From contig NC_086108.1 of NCBI RefSeq assembly GCF_963921235.1, positions 29,576,001-29,640,000 of the forward strand: a stretch of 64,000 nucleotides of DNA. Reading direction: 5' to 3'. Below the pieces are notes generated by a model. The model ran no database searches, had not been told where the DNA came from, and saw nothing but the letters and a program-made list of their open reading frames with translations. This document shows, piece by piece, positions 46,801 to 61,800 of this stretch (its first letter is position 1; each line of letters opens with the position of its first letter). Origin of the DNA: Mobula hypostoma (Eukaryota). A program made the position numbers and the translations under genes.

Positions 46801-49800
46801 ACTCATACTCTATCAGACTCTGGGTTGATAAATTAAAGAATAAAACTAATGCATCCTATTGAAATCATGTGTCTGAGAGAATAAGCTAAAATGCCTCCAT
46901 TCATCAATGGTATCTGCCACGTGGGTGGGAAAGAGACCCCAGATATTTGGAGGCATTACTGAGTGTGAGGTAGACAGCAGGTGTTGGATGGTCATTACAA
47001 ATATCGCTAAGGCTCATGCCATATCACTATCCGACTGGCCGCAGCATGGCGGCAAAACAAACCCAATCAAAAGGTAGATTCATCTGTTGGATGACAGATG
47101 CTGGTGATAATAAATCTGATTCCGATTCTGGAGATGCAGCAGATTCTTATGTCCAGTCGGAATCACCCTTCAAACACTAACTAAAGTAACGTTGTCTTAC
47201 CAGTAACCCACTGTTGCAGGAGGTTGCTGTGCAGAAATGAGCTTCGTCTCTTTCACCACTGAAACAATGCTTCAAGCAGAACCAATCTGTGGTAAAGTGC
47301 TTAGAGGCATACAGAAATCATGGAAGGCATTACAGTCATGAAAGGTTTTATTAATTTGTTTATCATGCAAAAACTGTGATCTATGTTGTGAGCAAAAGCA
47401 TTCCTATTTTTCTAAAAATCAATTGATTATTGTGGTTTCTGCTAAAGCGATATGTTTACTGCATTCTACCAAAATCTATCATAGTTTTATCCTATGAATT
47501 ATTTAACAACTTCTTCATTAAGTACCCTTCCTGTCAGTTCTGCATCAGTGAAGCTACTTCCATACTGTCTAAGCTACAAGGGGATCAATGAATAGAAAGA
47601 TAGATAATTGTTCCTTTATCGTAAAAGGACCCCTCTTTTGTATTGGTATTGCAAGCACCAATGCCTTATAAGTTTTATAAGGGTTAATAGAGAAACCTAT
47701 CCCCATTCCAACAACAATGATAGCTAATTGTGGCCATAGTCAACCATTGCCTGGGAATAAGATCATGCTTGAAAAACAATGCTCCTAGTGAACTATTATA
47801 ATTGTTTTCTCCTGCTTTAGGCATCCAGATGCACATATGCAACAGAGAACTCTATGGCTACCTGCCAGTGCCCCTGAAGGCCCAGCAATACTTGGAAGAG
47901 GATGTCGAAACCTTTGTCCACATTCTGCTTGAGAGAATGAGTGAGTTTACCAAGAATTAGCAAAGAAGATGTGAGACCTGAAAGTTCAAACACTCTTTTT
48001 AAGCACCAAATTGTAGCATAAGGTTAATAGTTGCTGGAATCTTACAATGTGTGGAGATCACGTTGTTTGTATGTATATACCATGTGGGTAACATGTATGT
48101 GTTGGAAGTATATGCAGGTGTGGTCAATTTTCATATTACCCGTAGCTGATACCTGGCCTGTGAAATTGATTTGTTTATATGCAATTAACACCCAGCGCGG
48201 GTTATGCATGGGAGAGCAGGATCAGGCAAGATGTTCCAGGCCAGCACCTGTGCTACCTAAAGAGGCCATCAGGCCATCAATCACTGGGAGACCTGTCAGA
48301 GTACTGGGGGCAAGTCTCTTTAGGCTCTATAGTATGGAATTTCATAGCAGCAGGAAATTTGGAGTGTATATAACTATGGTAGAGGGTGACGGCAAACTAA
48401 CAATTATGGGTGCTCTATTTACAATACCACTGAGTTTCTTAAGCCTGCATTAGTTTGGTTCAAAGGCAATAAATAGCTTGAACTGCCCAGGAGTTTAGGC
48501 TGTGGCTGTAAAGTAAGCACAGAAGGCCCTACTCCCCTGCCAGCAATCCCCTGAGGGAATTGTGTCCATATGACCAAGAACTGATTGAAAAGCAGCTGGG
48601 AGCAAGGCAGCTGGAGGTTTATGCAACGCTTCAGGGTAAAGAAAGAATCAGTGCTCATGTCTTAAAGGCAAAAATTGAAAGGAAACTGCCAACAATTTAC
48701 TTCTGTGTCAGTTCATCAAGGACGATTATCCCGATCTATAATCATTGCTTCATGCAGCCAAACACATCAATCATTTGATGAGTTTTCCTTTTGCATCTCA
48801 GGACAACACTGGGGTTTAAATGTCAGGCAAATCCTCAATGTTGTGGCTTTCAGACTTTTCTGATATATATTTTAAAAATTAAATTAAGTAGTGTAAAGAA
48901 AAATGTAGTGAGCTAGTGTTCATGAGTTCGATGTCCATTCAGAAATCTGATGGTGGAGGAGAAGAAGCTGCTTCCTGAATTGTACAGTGTGTGCCTTTAG
49001 ACTCCTGTACTTCCTCCCTGATAATAGCAATGGGAAGAGGACATGTCCTGGGTGATAGGGTCCTTAATGATGGATGCCTACTTTTTGAGGCTGTGCTCCT
49101 TGAAGATGTGCCGGGTGCTGTGGAGGCCAGTGCCCATGATGGAGGTGATTGAGTTTACAACTTTATGCAGCTTATTTCGATCCTATGCAGTGACCCCCCT
49201 CCCCCACCTTCCCATATCAGATGATGATTCAGCCAGTTAGAATGCTCTCCTGGTACATGTGTAGAAATTTGTGAGTGTCTTTGGTGACAATCCTAATGAA
49301 ATATAACCACTGTAATGCCTTCTTTGTAATTGCATCAATATGCTGGGCCCAGAATGGGTCCTTAGAGATGTTTGACACCTACAAATTTGAAGCTCCTCAC
49401 TCTTTCTACTGCTGATCCTCTATGAGAACTGCTGTGTGTTCCTTCATCTTACCCTTTCTGAAGTCCACAATCAGTTCTTTGGTCTTACTGATGTAGAGTC
49501 CAATATTGTCGCTGCAACACCACTCAACTAGCTGGTATATCTCGCTCCTGTATGCCTTCTTGTAACCATCTGAAATTCTGCCATCAATAGTTGCGTCATC
49601 AGAAAATGTACGGATGGCATTTGGGCTGTGCCGAGCCACACAGTCATGGGTGTGGAGAGAGTAGAGCAGTGGGCTAAGCACACACCCCTGAGGTGCACCA
49701 GTGTTTATTATCGGTGAGGTAGAGATGTTATTTTCAATCTGCACAGACTGTGGTCTTCCATAAGGAAATCGAGGATCTAGTTGCAGAGGGAGGTACACAG

Positions 49801-52800
49801 GCCCTGTGTTTGCAGCTTTTTGATCAGACCTATAGGAATGATTGTATTAAACACTGAGCTGTAGTCAATAAACAGCATTCTGACATAAGCATCAGTGTTG
49901 TCCAGGTGATCCAAGGCCACATGAGGAGCCAATGAGTTCGCATCTTTTGCTCGTGAGATAGCCCTCCATAAGTCGTACCTGACCTTCTTGTATAGTCCTG
50001 GATCACCAGACTTCAATGCCACAGATCTAGCCCTCAGCAAACTATGAATTTCCTGGTTCATCCACGGCTTTTGGTTTGGGTATGTAGAGTATGTGCGAGT
50101 GGACACACACTCATCCGCACAGGCTTTAATGAAGTAAGTGGCAACTGTGGTGTACTCTTTCAGCCTCGAAGATGAATCCCTGAATACAATCCAGTCCAAA
50201 GACTCAAAGCAGTCCTGTAAGTGCTCCTGCACCTCCCTTGTCCGTGCCTTCTTGGTCCTCACTGCTGGTGCTGTGGTCTTCAGTCTCTGCCTATAATCAG
50301 GGAGTAGAGGTGATCAGACTTTCCTCAGTGTGGGTGTGTGATGGTATGGTAAGCATCCTTGATGGTACTCTAATAGCGGTCCAGTGTGCTGGCTCCCCTG
50401 GTTCCACAAGTGATATGTTGGTAATAATTACTTAGAGACTTTTTCAAGTTGGCTTGGTTAATCTCCCCCAAAATGATGGGGAAGGCATCAAAGTGCACTG
50501 TTTCAGGCCTATTACATTGCTCAGATTGTCTAGAGCAGGGGTCAGCAACCTTTTTGCCTCTGTGGGCCAGATCACATATTAATGAGCAGCTGGTAGGCCA
50601 GATAAATGCCATAAAAAACTTGAAATATGGAATTATCCATTTAAATACATCTAGTTATGTTTTGCCTCAAATTAATGAATAACACATGCTAGAAAATCAT
50701 TTGTGCTTAACCAAGGATGCCAATTGGCAATCAAGAACTCAGTTTAGTTGCAACTAATTTCAATCAAGGCATCTTTTGAATCTATTAAAAGGACACAAAG
50801 AATCTTTAAACATAAAACTTATGAACGTGATGCATTGAATGGTGGTAAATTAAGTATAATAAAAAAGAAAATTTTAATGCAAACAGTCGATAAATCAATG
50901 TGAAATTTGATGCAGTTTGTTGCTTGAAAGCTTCTCAATATTGGGTGTCCGACTTGTTGATGCCAAGAGCAAGACATTATCCAGATGGGCATCAGTCAAT
51001 CTTGCTCTCAAATGGTTCTTGGTGTGCTTCATTTTAGAAAATAATTGCTCACACAGATAAGTGCTGCCAAACAATGATGCCATCTCTTTTGCATGGTCCA
51101 CTAAGTTAGGCTACTTCCTACTTGGATGAACATATTTTCTATAGAAGTCAAGAGTTGAAATTTCGATCTCAATATGTCGTCACACTGCATCTCAATCAAT
51201 TCCATTTGAAAACTTTCTGATGCCGTGTCCACTTCCATATCAAATGGAGCAGCAAACAGCTTGAACTCATTTGCATGCAAGCGAAATCAGCAAAACGAGA
51301 TGAAAATTCTTTTCTCAATTCTTGGACCATATTCACAAAAATGCCTGGATCTTGTGCTTTACTTTTTTGAAAAGTGGGAAAATGTGCACAATTTCCTTTT
51401 TGAAGCTGGTACTCCCACAATTGCAGCTTTCTTTCCACTATGGCGGGTCTCATAATGTCGCCTGATATTTGCCACCTTCTTCACAACAACATTTTCTAGG
51501 CAAATGAGACAAACTGGTTTCCCAGCTTGCTCGATTAAGAAGTAATCTAGTGTCCAAGTGGCTTGGAAATTTCGGCACTCAGTGTCCACCTTCCTGCGTT
51601 TTGCATTCATTGCCATTGGAATATTTCTCTTCGATTTACTTTGAAACATGAGTTTTCAACAAGTATCGTAGCACATGTAAATATCTGGATATTTAGCGTG
51701 GATTTCTTGTTAAAACACAGTGAAGCTGTTTCTGTTTACAAATTTGAACCATCCCATCTGAAAACCTGCGCGTGCATGGAGGGTATCTGATACATATTAA
51801 TAAGGTAGTCTGCCTTCCCGTCATTCGTATATACCAGTGTTTGATTTGGAACAAAACGGAACCTGGGGCCAGTGTAACAAGACGCCATGCATGTCCATCA
51901 GTGTGGTTGTGTGAAACACTCAGAATAAGGAAAAATCACTCAAGGGCTGGATAAGCATAGTATCCCAATATTTGCTCACGGGCCGGTCAAATTACCTTCG
52001 CGGATCAGATCTGGCCCACGGGCGTAGGTTGCCTACCCCTGATCTAGAGCCTGTTTGACACAGGCCTCAGGTGGGATGTACACTACTATCAAGATGATGG
52101 CTGAAAACTCCCATGGCAAATAAAATGGCTGACACTTGATCACTAAATGTTCCAGGTCGGGTGAGCAGGACTGGGACAGAACCACCAAATTTGTGCACCA
52201 CAAGGAGGTAATCATAAAGCTTCGCCTTCCTAAACAACCTTTTAAACCAACGCACTGTCCTCTCTTCCGCTGTCTTAAGGGGGAACTGCAACAGCGACCA
52301 GAGACATCCATCTGAGATTCGTGGACTTTGAGTAGCGATAGATTTTTTAATCACCATAAAATTATATCACTTACTGTATTGTCCTTGTCCATGGCTGTAG
52401 CCATGGATTTCAGCTGTAGCAGTCTTAGCGGGAATATTTGATGACTTCCATCAGAGCTGCTTGCACGAGTTGCCTTCTTAATGGTGCCCCGTATTACTGA
52501 GGGACCTGTGACGGTCTGCTTTAAGTCTGACTGTTTGGGATTCATGGAGGAATTTGCTTGGGCTGAAAATAGAGGAAGGTGCCGAGTTCTTTTTCACCTT
52601 GACCTGGAGGAAGAAGGTATATAATTCAAAACAGAGTGATCTTCTATTGCAACCAGAGGATTTGTGCTTTCACTTCTTCCTTTTAGCGCAGCTTAGCAGT
52701 TGCTGTCAATTAAGAGGTGAAAGCATTTTACAGTGTTACACATACATTTGTGAACATGCTTTGGGCTAGATTAAGGAGCCTTTTGTACTGTTGCACAGCA

Positions 52801-55800
52801 GCAATTGGCAACCTGATCAGGTAGAGTTGCTCTAGAAGAAGTCCCCTAGGTTTCCCTCTAATGCCTTGCCCAAAATGGCCAATGTGATTTGTGACTCTGG
52901 GTTTTGATCTGTTGTTTGGCACTTGACCGCGGAAACATCTTCAAGCATAAAATGGTCTTTGTGGTTGGCTGAGTATGGCAGTGGGGTACATAACATCTAA
53001 GATTATAAGACCATCAGATATCGGGTGCAGAATTAGGCCATTCAGCCCATCAGAATTAGGCCAATCGGTTCCACCATTCAATCATGGCTGACCTTTTATC
53101 AGCCTTATTCTCCTGTCTTCTCCCTGTACCCCTTATCCCAGTCATCAGTCAAGAATCTATCAATCTCTGCCTTAAATACATTCAATAACTTGGCCTCCAC
53201 TGCTGTCTGTAGCAATGAATTCCACATATTCATCAACTATAGGCTGAAGAAATTCCTTTTCATCTTAGCTTAAAAGGGACATCCCTTTTATCCTGAGTCC
53301 GTGCCCTTAGATCCTAGACCCTGTACTAATGGAAATAGCCCCTCCATATCCATGCTATCCAGACCTTTCAGCATTCTATAGGTTTCAATGAAATTGCCCC
53401 TCATTGTTTGAACTCTTGAGTACAGGCCCAGAGACATCAAATGAGCCTCATAAATTAACCCTTTTGTTCCTGGGATCATTCTTATGAACCTCCTGTGAAC
53501 TCTCTCCAAGACCAGCACATCTTTCCATATACTATATATGGGCCCAAAATTGCTAACAATATTCCAAATGCATTCTAACCAATTCCTTATAAAGCCTCAG
53601 CAGTATGTTCTTATTTATATATTCTGGTAAACACAAAATTATCTGCAGATGCTGTGATCAAAGCAACACTTTCAGTACGCTGGATGAACTCAGCAGGTCG
53701 GGCAGCATCAGTTAGAAACGATAGGTCGACAATTTGGGCCGGAACCCTTCGTCAGGACTGAAGAATGAAAGATGGGGAAGGATTTGAAGAATGCTTGTAG
53801 CTTCAGTTGAAATACCAGTAATTTGAAAGACAAAGGGGTGGGGGAGGGGAATCATTGACGTCATGGCCCTGAAAACAATGGGTAGTAGATGAAGGAGGCG
53901 GAACAATGAGGGAGCTCGGGGAGGGGGTAGAGTGAAATAGGGATAGAGGAAGGAAGGGTGAGGGAATTACCGGAAGTTGGAGAATTCTATGTTCATACCA
54001 AGGGGCTGGAGACTACCTAGACGTTATATGAGGTGTTGCTCCTCCAACCTGAGTTTAGCCTCATCATGGCAGTAGAGGAGGCCATGTATGGACATATCTG
54101 AATGGGAATGGGAAGCAGAGTTGAAGTGGGTGGCTACCAGGAGATCCTGTCTGTTGTGGCGGACGGAGCGGAGGTGCTCGACGAAGCGGTTCCCTAATCT
54201 GCGTCGGGTTTCACCGATGTAGAGGAGGCTGCACCGGGAGCACCGGATGCAATAAATGACCCCAACAGACTCTGAAGTGAAGTGTTGCCTCACCTGGAAG
54301 GACTGTTTGGGGCCCTGAATGGTTGCAAGAGATGAGGTGTAGGGACAGGTGTAGCACTTACGCTTACAGGGATAAGTGCTGGGTGGGAGATCAGTGGGGA
54401 TGGACGTGCAGATAAGGGAGTCGCGGAGGGACTTATATATTTATATATATATTTTATATATTCTGGTCCTCTCAAATGAATGCTATCATTGCATTAGCCT
54501 TCCTTCCTACCCAACCTGCAAGCTGAGTCAACGGTGTCTCAAGATAGCAGCATCATTAAGAACCTTCACCATCTGCGATATGCCTTCTTCTCATTACTAC
54601 CATCAGGGAGAAGGTACAGGAGCTTGAAGATCCATACTCAATGTTTTAAGGACAGCTTCTTCCCCTCTGCCATCAGATTTCTGAACAATCCATGAACCCA
54701 CTGCATGAACACTACCTGGCTATTCCTCCTTTGCACTTTATTTGTTTCTTTATTATAAATTATTGTAATTATTTATGTCTTGCACTGTACTGCTGTCACA
54801 AGCACTTTTCACAACATACATCAGTGATAATGAACATGATTCTCAAACTTATGGAAATCCTGAACTAGGAACCCCAATTGCCTTTGCGGCTCTGAAATGG
54901 GTAATGATTGAAACTGAAGTATCACAGGAATTTTTTGGTTAACAATCGGAATGTATGTAAACTGACAAGTTAAGAGCATGAGCAGTGAATGCAACCTGCT
55001 TCAACAGTTAATAAGGTCACATTTGATCTGATTGTAACCATAGCTCCACATTCCTGTTTACTCATATTAACCTTTTACCCCTTGCTTATGATGAATCTGC
55101 CTTAAGGAATGCCTCATTCTGCTTTTACCTGTGAGCGCACTTCTAAATGCTACAATTTACAGAGTTTTTAAAATGTACACTCTCAAATTAAGCCATAAAG
55201 ATCCACCAACTATGGAAAGGGATTATTCTGAATTGCTTGGTGATATGAACCAGATACAAACCACAATAACTTACCTATATCATTGCTTTGCAGTTGATCA
55301 TCCCCCTATGGAGCCTTCTGTGTATGTGTCCATGCCTCCTAGGCACCCAGACAAAATGGTATTTGATGAGGTGAGAGAACGACAGCCCCTACTGATCTCC
55401 TAGCTAGAAGTGAGCTCCGATGTATGAAAGACCTCAGAAAACAGTAGCATGAAACCTGTTACTTTGAATATATGAGGGGTGATTGATAAGCTCATGGCCT
55501 AAAGTAGAAGGAGTCAATTTTAGAAAACCTAGCACATTTATTTTTCAACATAGTCCCCTCCTATATGTACACACTTAGTCCAGCGGTCGTGGAGCATACG
55601 GATCCCTTCTTTGTAGAAGTGGTCCACAGCAGGGCTGACTGATGAGTTCGTGGCCTAAGGTAGAAGGAGATGAGTTATTAACTTCAAACTTTCTGCATAA
55701 TCACTCAAAGAGTTGAACTGCACGTGCATGTAACGAGAGTGTCTTGGACCTCCAGGTGGTCCACAGCAGGAGTGGTTGATAAGTTTGTGGCCCAAGGTAG

Positions 55801-58800
55801 AAGAAGATGAGTTATACAGCTCTCTTTACATGCACATGCAGTTCAACTCTTTGAGTAAAAATGCAGAAAATTTGAAGTTAATAACTCATCTCCGTCTACC
55901 TTAGGCCACGAACTTATCAATCACCCCTGCTGTGGGCTGCTTCTGGAGGTCCAAGACACCGATTTCTACAAAGAAGGGATCTGTATGCTCCACGACTGCT
56001 GGACTAAGTGTGTAAATGTAGGAAAAATAAATGTGCTAGGTTTTCTAAAATTGACTCCTTCTACCTTAGGCCATGAACTTATCAATCACCCCTCGTATAT
56101 TATATAGAATATTATCTGTGAAATGTGCACTACTTTCTGTTCAGAACTAAATTAGCAAACTCATTATCCTCTATGGACATTAATATTCCAGGGTATAATG
56201 GACCCTCAGCTTTTACTGCCTATTACATTGATTAAGCTTGCTCAGCCACTGCTGATGGCATAAAAGACAGAACTGATATGTGGAATGATTTATAATGTAT
56301 TCAGTTCTCAAGCTTTTCCTTCTGTGAAGGGATGTCCATCACTGAAACATTGACTTTATTGTATTAATGTGCATTTTAATATCTATCAGTGGGTAATAAA
56401 GATCGACTTCTTTTGGCTTAATTTAGAAATCATGAGCAGGAGAAGAAATTACTGGATAAAGGTGAATGGTCAAATTAGAAAGGGCTAGAATATGAGAAAA
56501 TGAACTTGTGAATAATTGTATGAACCTCCTTAAGAAGTTCCATTTCATTTTGTTTTTTTTTCATCCTGCTTGGTCTCAGCTGTGTTTTTTTTCAAATTCG
56601 TTTCCTTTAGCAATACCTGGATTATTATTATCTAGAAAATAAAGGATGGTGCACATACATGCTAAAATTGCTATAATTTTGATAGATCTCATCATCACGT
56701 CTGCTCCAATGATAAGCTATAACTGGTTGCAGGCTGAGTCATTTGCTTAACAGCAGTTAAATCAGATTGATTCTGAATCATCCCCTGACTCCACTGTAAA
56801 TTCATCGGCTGTAGATACAATTTCTATTCCTGGACTGCCTATGTTATCGTTTCCAGAAAATTAGAATGTCTGAGAGTCCAGCATGCCATTTATGTTAAAG
56901 GTTTCATGTTTGCTATAGTTATGAAACATTTAATTATCTCTGACAGAAACATCTTTGAATAACAGCTGAGGAATGACCCAAAGAACAAGCAAAAAATTAA
57001 AAACAAAAACGTAAAGAAATGGAAGACAAATCAGTGCTTTTTTATACGTGTTTCTTCTGACCTGAATACTGACCTCTTCCTCCCCACAGATGGGGATTTA
57101 CATTCAGCCTGATAACTTCTGACTAAAATGCAATCCAGAGTTCGCCTTCCATCTGACGCTTTCTTCCACTGTGGTCTTTGCTTGAAGCCTTCCACCAATG
57201 AGGTGGTTGGAAGTCTGAATTCAAAACAGGGAATGTCAGAAACATGCAGTAAGGCAAATCTCCTATATCTCTTGTGTTGTCACCTCAGTTTTCTAATAGG
57301 AGATGTCACCTCATACAATTATGTTCCCCAGGCAATCTTAACCTCCACCCTACTACACACATTCCCACTGTCCTGTCCGTCCCTCTCCACCTTCACAATT
57401 TAAAACACACAACACTGCGACAAGTGGAGCTGATAGCTCACAGCTCTGAAGATGCAGTTACAATCCTGCCCTCCAGCCCTACCCACGAACTGTTTGCATG
57501 TTCTCTTGTGTGGATTTCCATTGGGTTTCTTCCACATCCCAATGGTCTGTAGGTTAATTAGCCACAGTAAATTATCTCTAATGAGCAGGGATTTACAACC
57601 AGCCTGATAACTTGTGGCAAATTGCAACCCAAAGCAACTTTTCCTCTGACCTGAATGACAAAATGGGGGGAGAAAATAAATAATGTCAATGAGTCAGCAT
57701 GGACTCGATGAAGTGATGCAGCTGTTTCTGTGACACTTATTTTGTCATTTTGCTGATTCTGTGGAAGCATCCTACACTTGATATATTAATCTGTTTCTTT
57801 CTTTCCAGTGTTTTTGGCAATGTATGCTCTTCAATCTTTTTCAAATGCACATCTAAAATATTAACTTCCCTGATCAAGCTGAAACCATTGTAATATAGAC
57901 AGAGAATGCTGGAAAAACTCATCCAGTCAGTCAGCTTCTGTGGAAAGAGAAGCAGAGTTAATCTTAGAGCAAGTGGAAGCATCATTTCCTCCTTTGAGCT
58001 CAGGAAAATGTACATAAATAGCTATTCGCTCCCTTTCCAATCCATACCTCCTCTCCCCCAGCTCAGTGCTTTCTGTCAGCAGCACAAAGAGGAAACATGA
58101 GGTTCATGGCATTTTATAATGGAAGATAAATTATAAGGTGCCGCAAGCAACACAGTGTGTTCAGTTGGTTTCCCAAAACTCTGTATAATAAATCTGTTAG
58201 CAAGTTCATGAATTATCTACACCCCTCTGCATGCAACTTTAAATAGGGCAGAACAAGATAATTTATCGAGTTAGCTGACATTGCAATACAATAACCCTGT
58301 TATTTGAAGTGTTGGCTATACAACATCTTAGGGTAATGAGTAAGAGGTTTAGAAGTGACATGAGATAGAACTTTCTCATCCAGAGCTTACCTGAGCCAGT
58401 GGTGGAGACAGGCACTTCAGACTCTTCATGTTTAAGATGTACCTAGAAGAGCACTTGAATCACTAAGGCAAGGAAGGCGACAAATAAATTGCTGGAAAAT
58501 GGGATTCGTAATGATAGGGTCTCACTTGGCATGGATAGGGTGAGTGGAAGAGTTTGCCTCTGCACTCTGCAACTCAAGAAGGAAATAATGTGGCCACACT
58601 TTATATAGCAGCAGGTCACTTTCTAAGCATACACCCCAAACTCTGAAATTTTCCAAACAGCTTGCAGTCTTTCAATCTTTCTTTCTTGAAATTCACCTCT
58701 TCACTTGTCAAAATGTCCCTCCATGGAATCGCAGATGAGACCATTCACCCCACCCTATCCTACCATACCCATGTGAGCCGATAAAGTACTATCTACCTAA

Positions 58801-61800
58801 ATTTAGCCACCAGCTTTTAGTCCTAAGGCCACTGTTCGAGTGCACACCCAAGTACTTTTTAAAACTGATGAGGGGATCTCATCCTTTCAATTTGAAAACT
58901 CCAGATCCTCACTCTGATCTGAGTGAAAGGATTTCAAATGTCTTCTAACCTTGAGTGGTGTGAAATAGGAAAGGCAGAGATGGAAGAAGACCTGCATGTC
59001 ATAGGTTCATAGATATAGTAAAGAAACGGGCTCTTCAGTGCATGTTAATCATCAAACACCCATGGACATCAATCCCCCATTAATCCTATCTTTATTCTTC
59101 TCACACTTTCATCATATTCTTTCACACACCTTCCCAGCCATGGCAATTGATATTGATCAACTAACTTACCAGCTCTCACATCTTTGGGTTGTAGGGGAAA
59201 CCAGAGGAAACCTATGTAGTCACAGATAGAATGTCCAGATTCCACACAGACAGGACTCAAGGTCAGGAATGAACCTAGGTCTCTGGTGCCTTGAGTGGTG
59301 GCTCATCTAACGTGCCATTGTTCTGTCTTAGAGCCACTTTGTTGTCCTCAACACAATCCTTGTACACCTGCTGATAAAAGTAAGCATGCAGGTGAATGTT
59401 AGTCTTCATAGCAAGAGGCTTTGAAGGTAGCATCCAGGATGTCTTATAGTAGTTGGTTAAGACAACTGGTGGAACTCTAGCTTGTGTATTCTGTCCATAT
59501 TGGTCTATTTTCTGTGTAAGAATATTCAAAAAAGGATGTTCTCAGAAGGAGTCATGGAAACATAGAGTCATAAATACGTCCTCTGCTTTTGTTCACCTCT
59601 GATATGGGGAAAACTTCCTGCAGTCTACCCAATATATATCCTTCATAACTTTACGTACTTTGATTATGGCACCTCGTAACCTCCTGTACTCCAGAGTGAA
59701 CAGACCTACTTAGCCCCATCAGTCATAGAACACTACAGCACAGAAACAGGCCTTTTGGCCTGTCTACATGCAGAACTATTATTCTACCCAGTCCCATCGA
59801 CCTGTACCCAGACCATAGCCCTCCCGTCCATGTACCTATCCAAATTTCTCTGAGATGTTGAAATTGAACCAACATCTATCACTTCCATTGGCAGCACATT
59901 CCACACTCTCACTGCCCTCTAAGTGAAATACCCCCTCATGTTCCCCTTAAACATTTCATCTTCCACCCTTAACCCCTAGTTCTAATTTCACCCAACCTCA
60001 GTGGAAAAAGTCTGCTTGCATATACACTATCTATACCCATCATAATTTTGAATACCTCTATCAAATCTCCCCTTAATCTCCTACACTGCAGAGAATGAAT
60101 TCCTAACCTATTCAATCTTTCCCTATAACTCAAGGCATTAAGTCCTGGTAACATACATGTAAATTTTCTCTGCACTCTTTCAAACATATTAATATATTTC
60201 CTGTAGGTAGGTAACCAGAACTGCACATAATACTCCAAATTAGACCTCAATGTCTTACACAACTTCAACATAATATCTGAACTCCTGTACTGAATACTTT
60301 GATTTATGACTGCCAATGTGCTGAAAGATCTCTTTATTGCCTTATTTACCTGTGATGTCACTTCCAAGGAATTAGAGATCTGTATTCCCAGATCCCTCTG
60401 TTTTACTGCTCTGCACAGTGCCCTACTGTGTAAGCCCGGTTTGTCCTCACAAAGTGCAACGCCTCATACTTGTTTGCATTAAATTTTCCACATAACTGAA
60501 ACTGAAGCTGAGTACAGAGAAGGTTCACCAGACTGATTACTTGGGTCATAGGACTGACATACAAAGAGAGATTTGGGAAAAACTGAGCTTACTTTCATTA
60601 GAGTTTAAAAGAATGAGAGGGGATTTAATTAAAAAGTATAATACTCCAATAGCACTGAACTCACTGGCTGCGGGAGTAATGTTCCCAGTGGTGGGTGAAT
60701 CCAGAGTTAGGGGGTCCCACCACTATGGTACCAGACAAGGTACTTCAAACTGAGGTGAGGAAATATTTCTTCCCCCAAAAAAGTAGTGAACCTGAGAAAT
60801 TCTCTACCACTGAAGGCCCCTGAAGCCAAATAGTTAAATATATTCAAGAATGAGTTAAATATGGGACTGTTGGATAAGGAGAATAAGGAATATGGGGGGA
60901 AGTTAGAGGTGGGTGCTGAGTTTGGATGCTCAGTCATGATTATGTTGAACACCAGGGCAGGTCGCAAGAGTCAGATAGCCCAGTCTTGCTCCTGTTTTCT
61001 GTGTTTCTAATTACTTTAATACCATCAATTATATTAATCCAGCTTTTGGGACAGTGGAACTGTCATCTCTGGGGATGTTGGATTGACTAAGTCTGTGTCA
61101 TGAATTTTGGGGAATAGAAGGAGATCTAACTGAGATGTGCAACATCTTGACATGGCTCTATGGACAATGTAGGGATGATTTCTCCTGCCTATAGGAGTGT
61201 CTTGAAACAGAGGTCACAGTCTCAGTATGCAAGGCAACGCATTTCAGACTAAGGTGAGGAGAAATGTAATTACCCAAGTAATGGTGAACCAGTGAAATTC
61301 TCTACTTCAGGGCCAAGTCACTGAATGTGTTTAACAAGAAGGTAGACAGACTTCTGTCTCAAAAGGAATCAGGTGCTTTGGGAAAGAGCAGGAATAGGGT
61401 GCCGAGGTGATTGATCAGCCATGGTTGTGTTAAATGTCTGAAAGGGCCAAGTGGGCTTTTATTTTGTAAAAGGAAGTTTATGGACAGGAAGATCTCATAA
61501 GCAGGAAAGAGGTGATGACTAGATCTGTTGTTACTGTGATGCCAGCTGGAAGATAAATATTGGCCAGGACACTGGAAGAAATCTGCCACACTTCTTTGAA
61601 TATTGCCCATGATTTTGTGACATACACCTAAAAAATATCTACATGAATTTATAGATGTGTTTGCTGTACGTGAATGGATGTGTCATTGCTAGAACTGTGG
61701 AGTTAGTCATAAGGTATTCCCTTCCAAAAGAATGAAGCTAAAAATACACACTACAAATATTAGATGATGTACATATTTATAAAGCAAAATATTCTCTGAG

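Noticed and set aside
50895..51649. GTF2IRD2/EPM2AIP1-like host gene
   Set aside because: It is fragmented, internally deleted and bounded by TIRs and a TSD, so it is a transposon relic.
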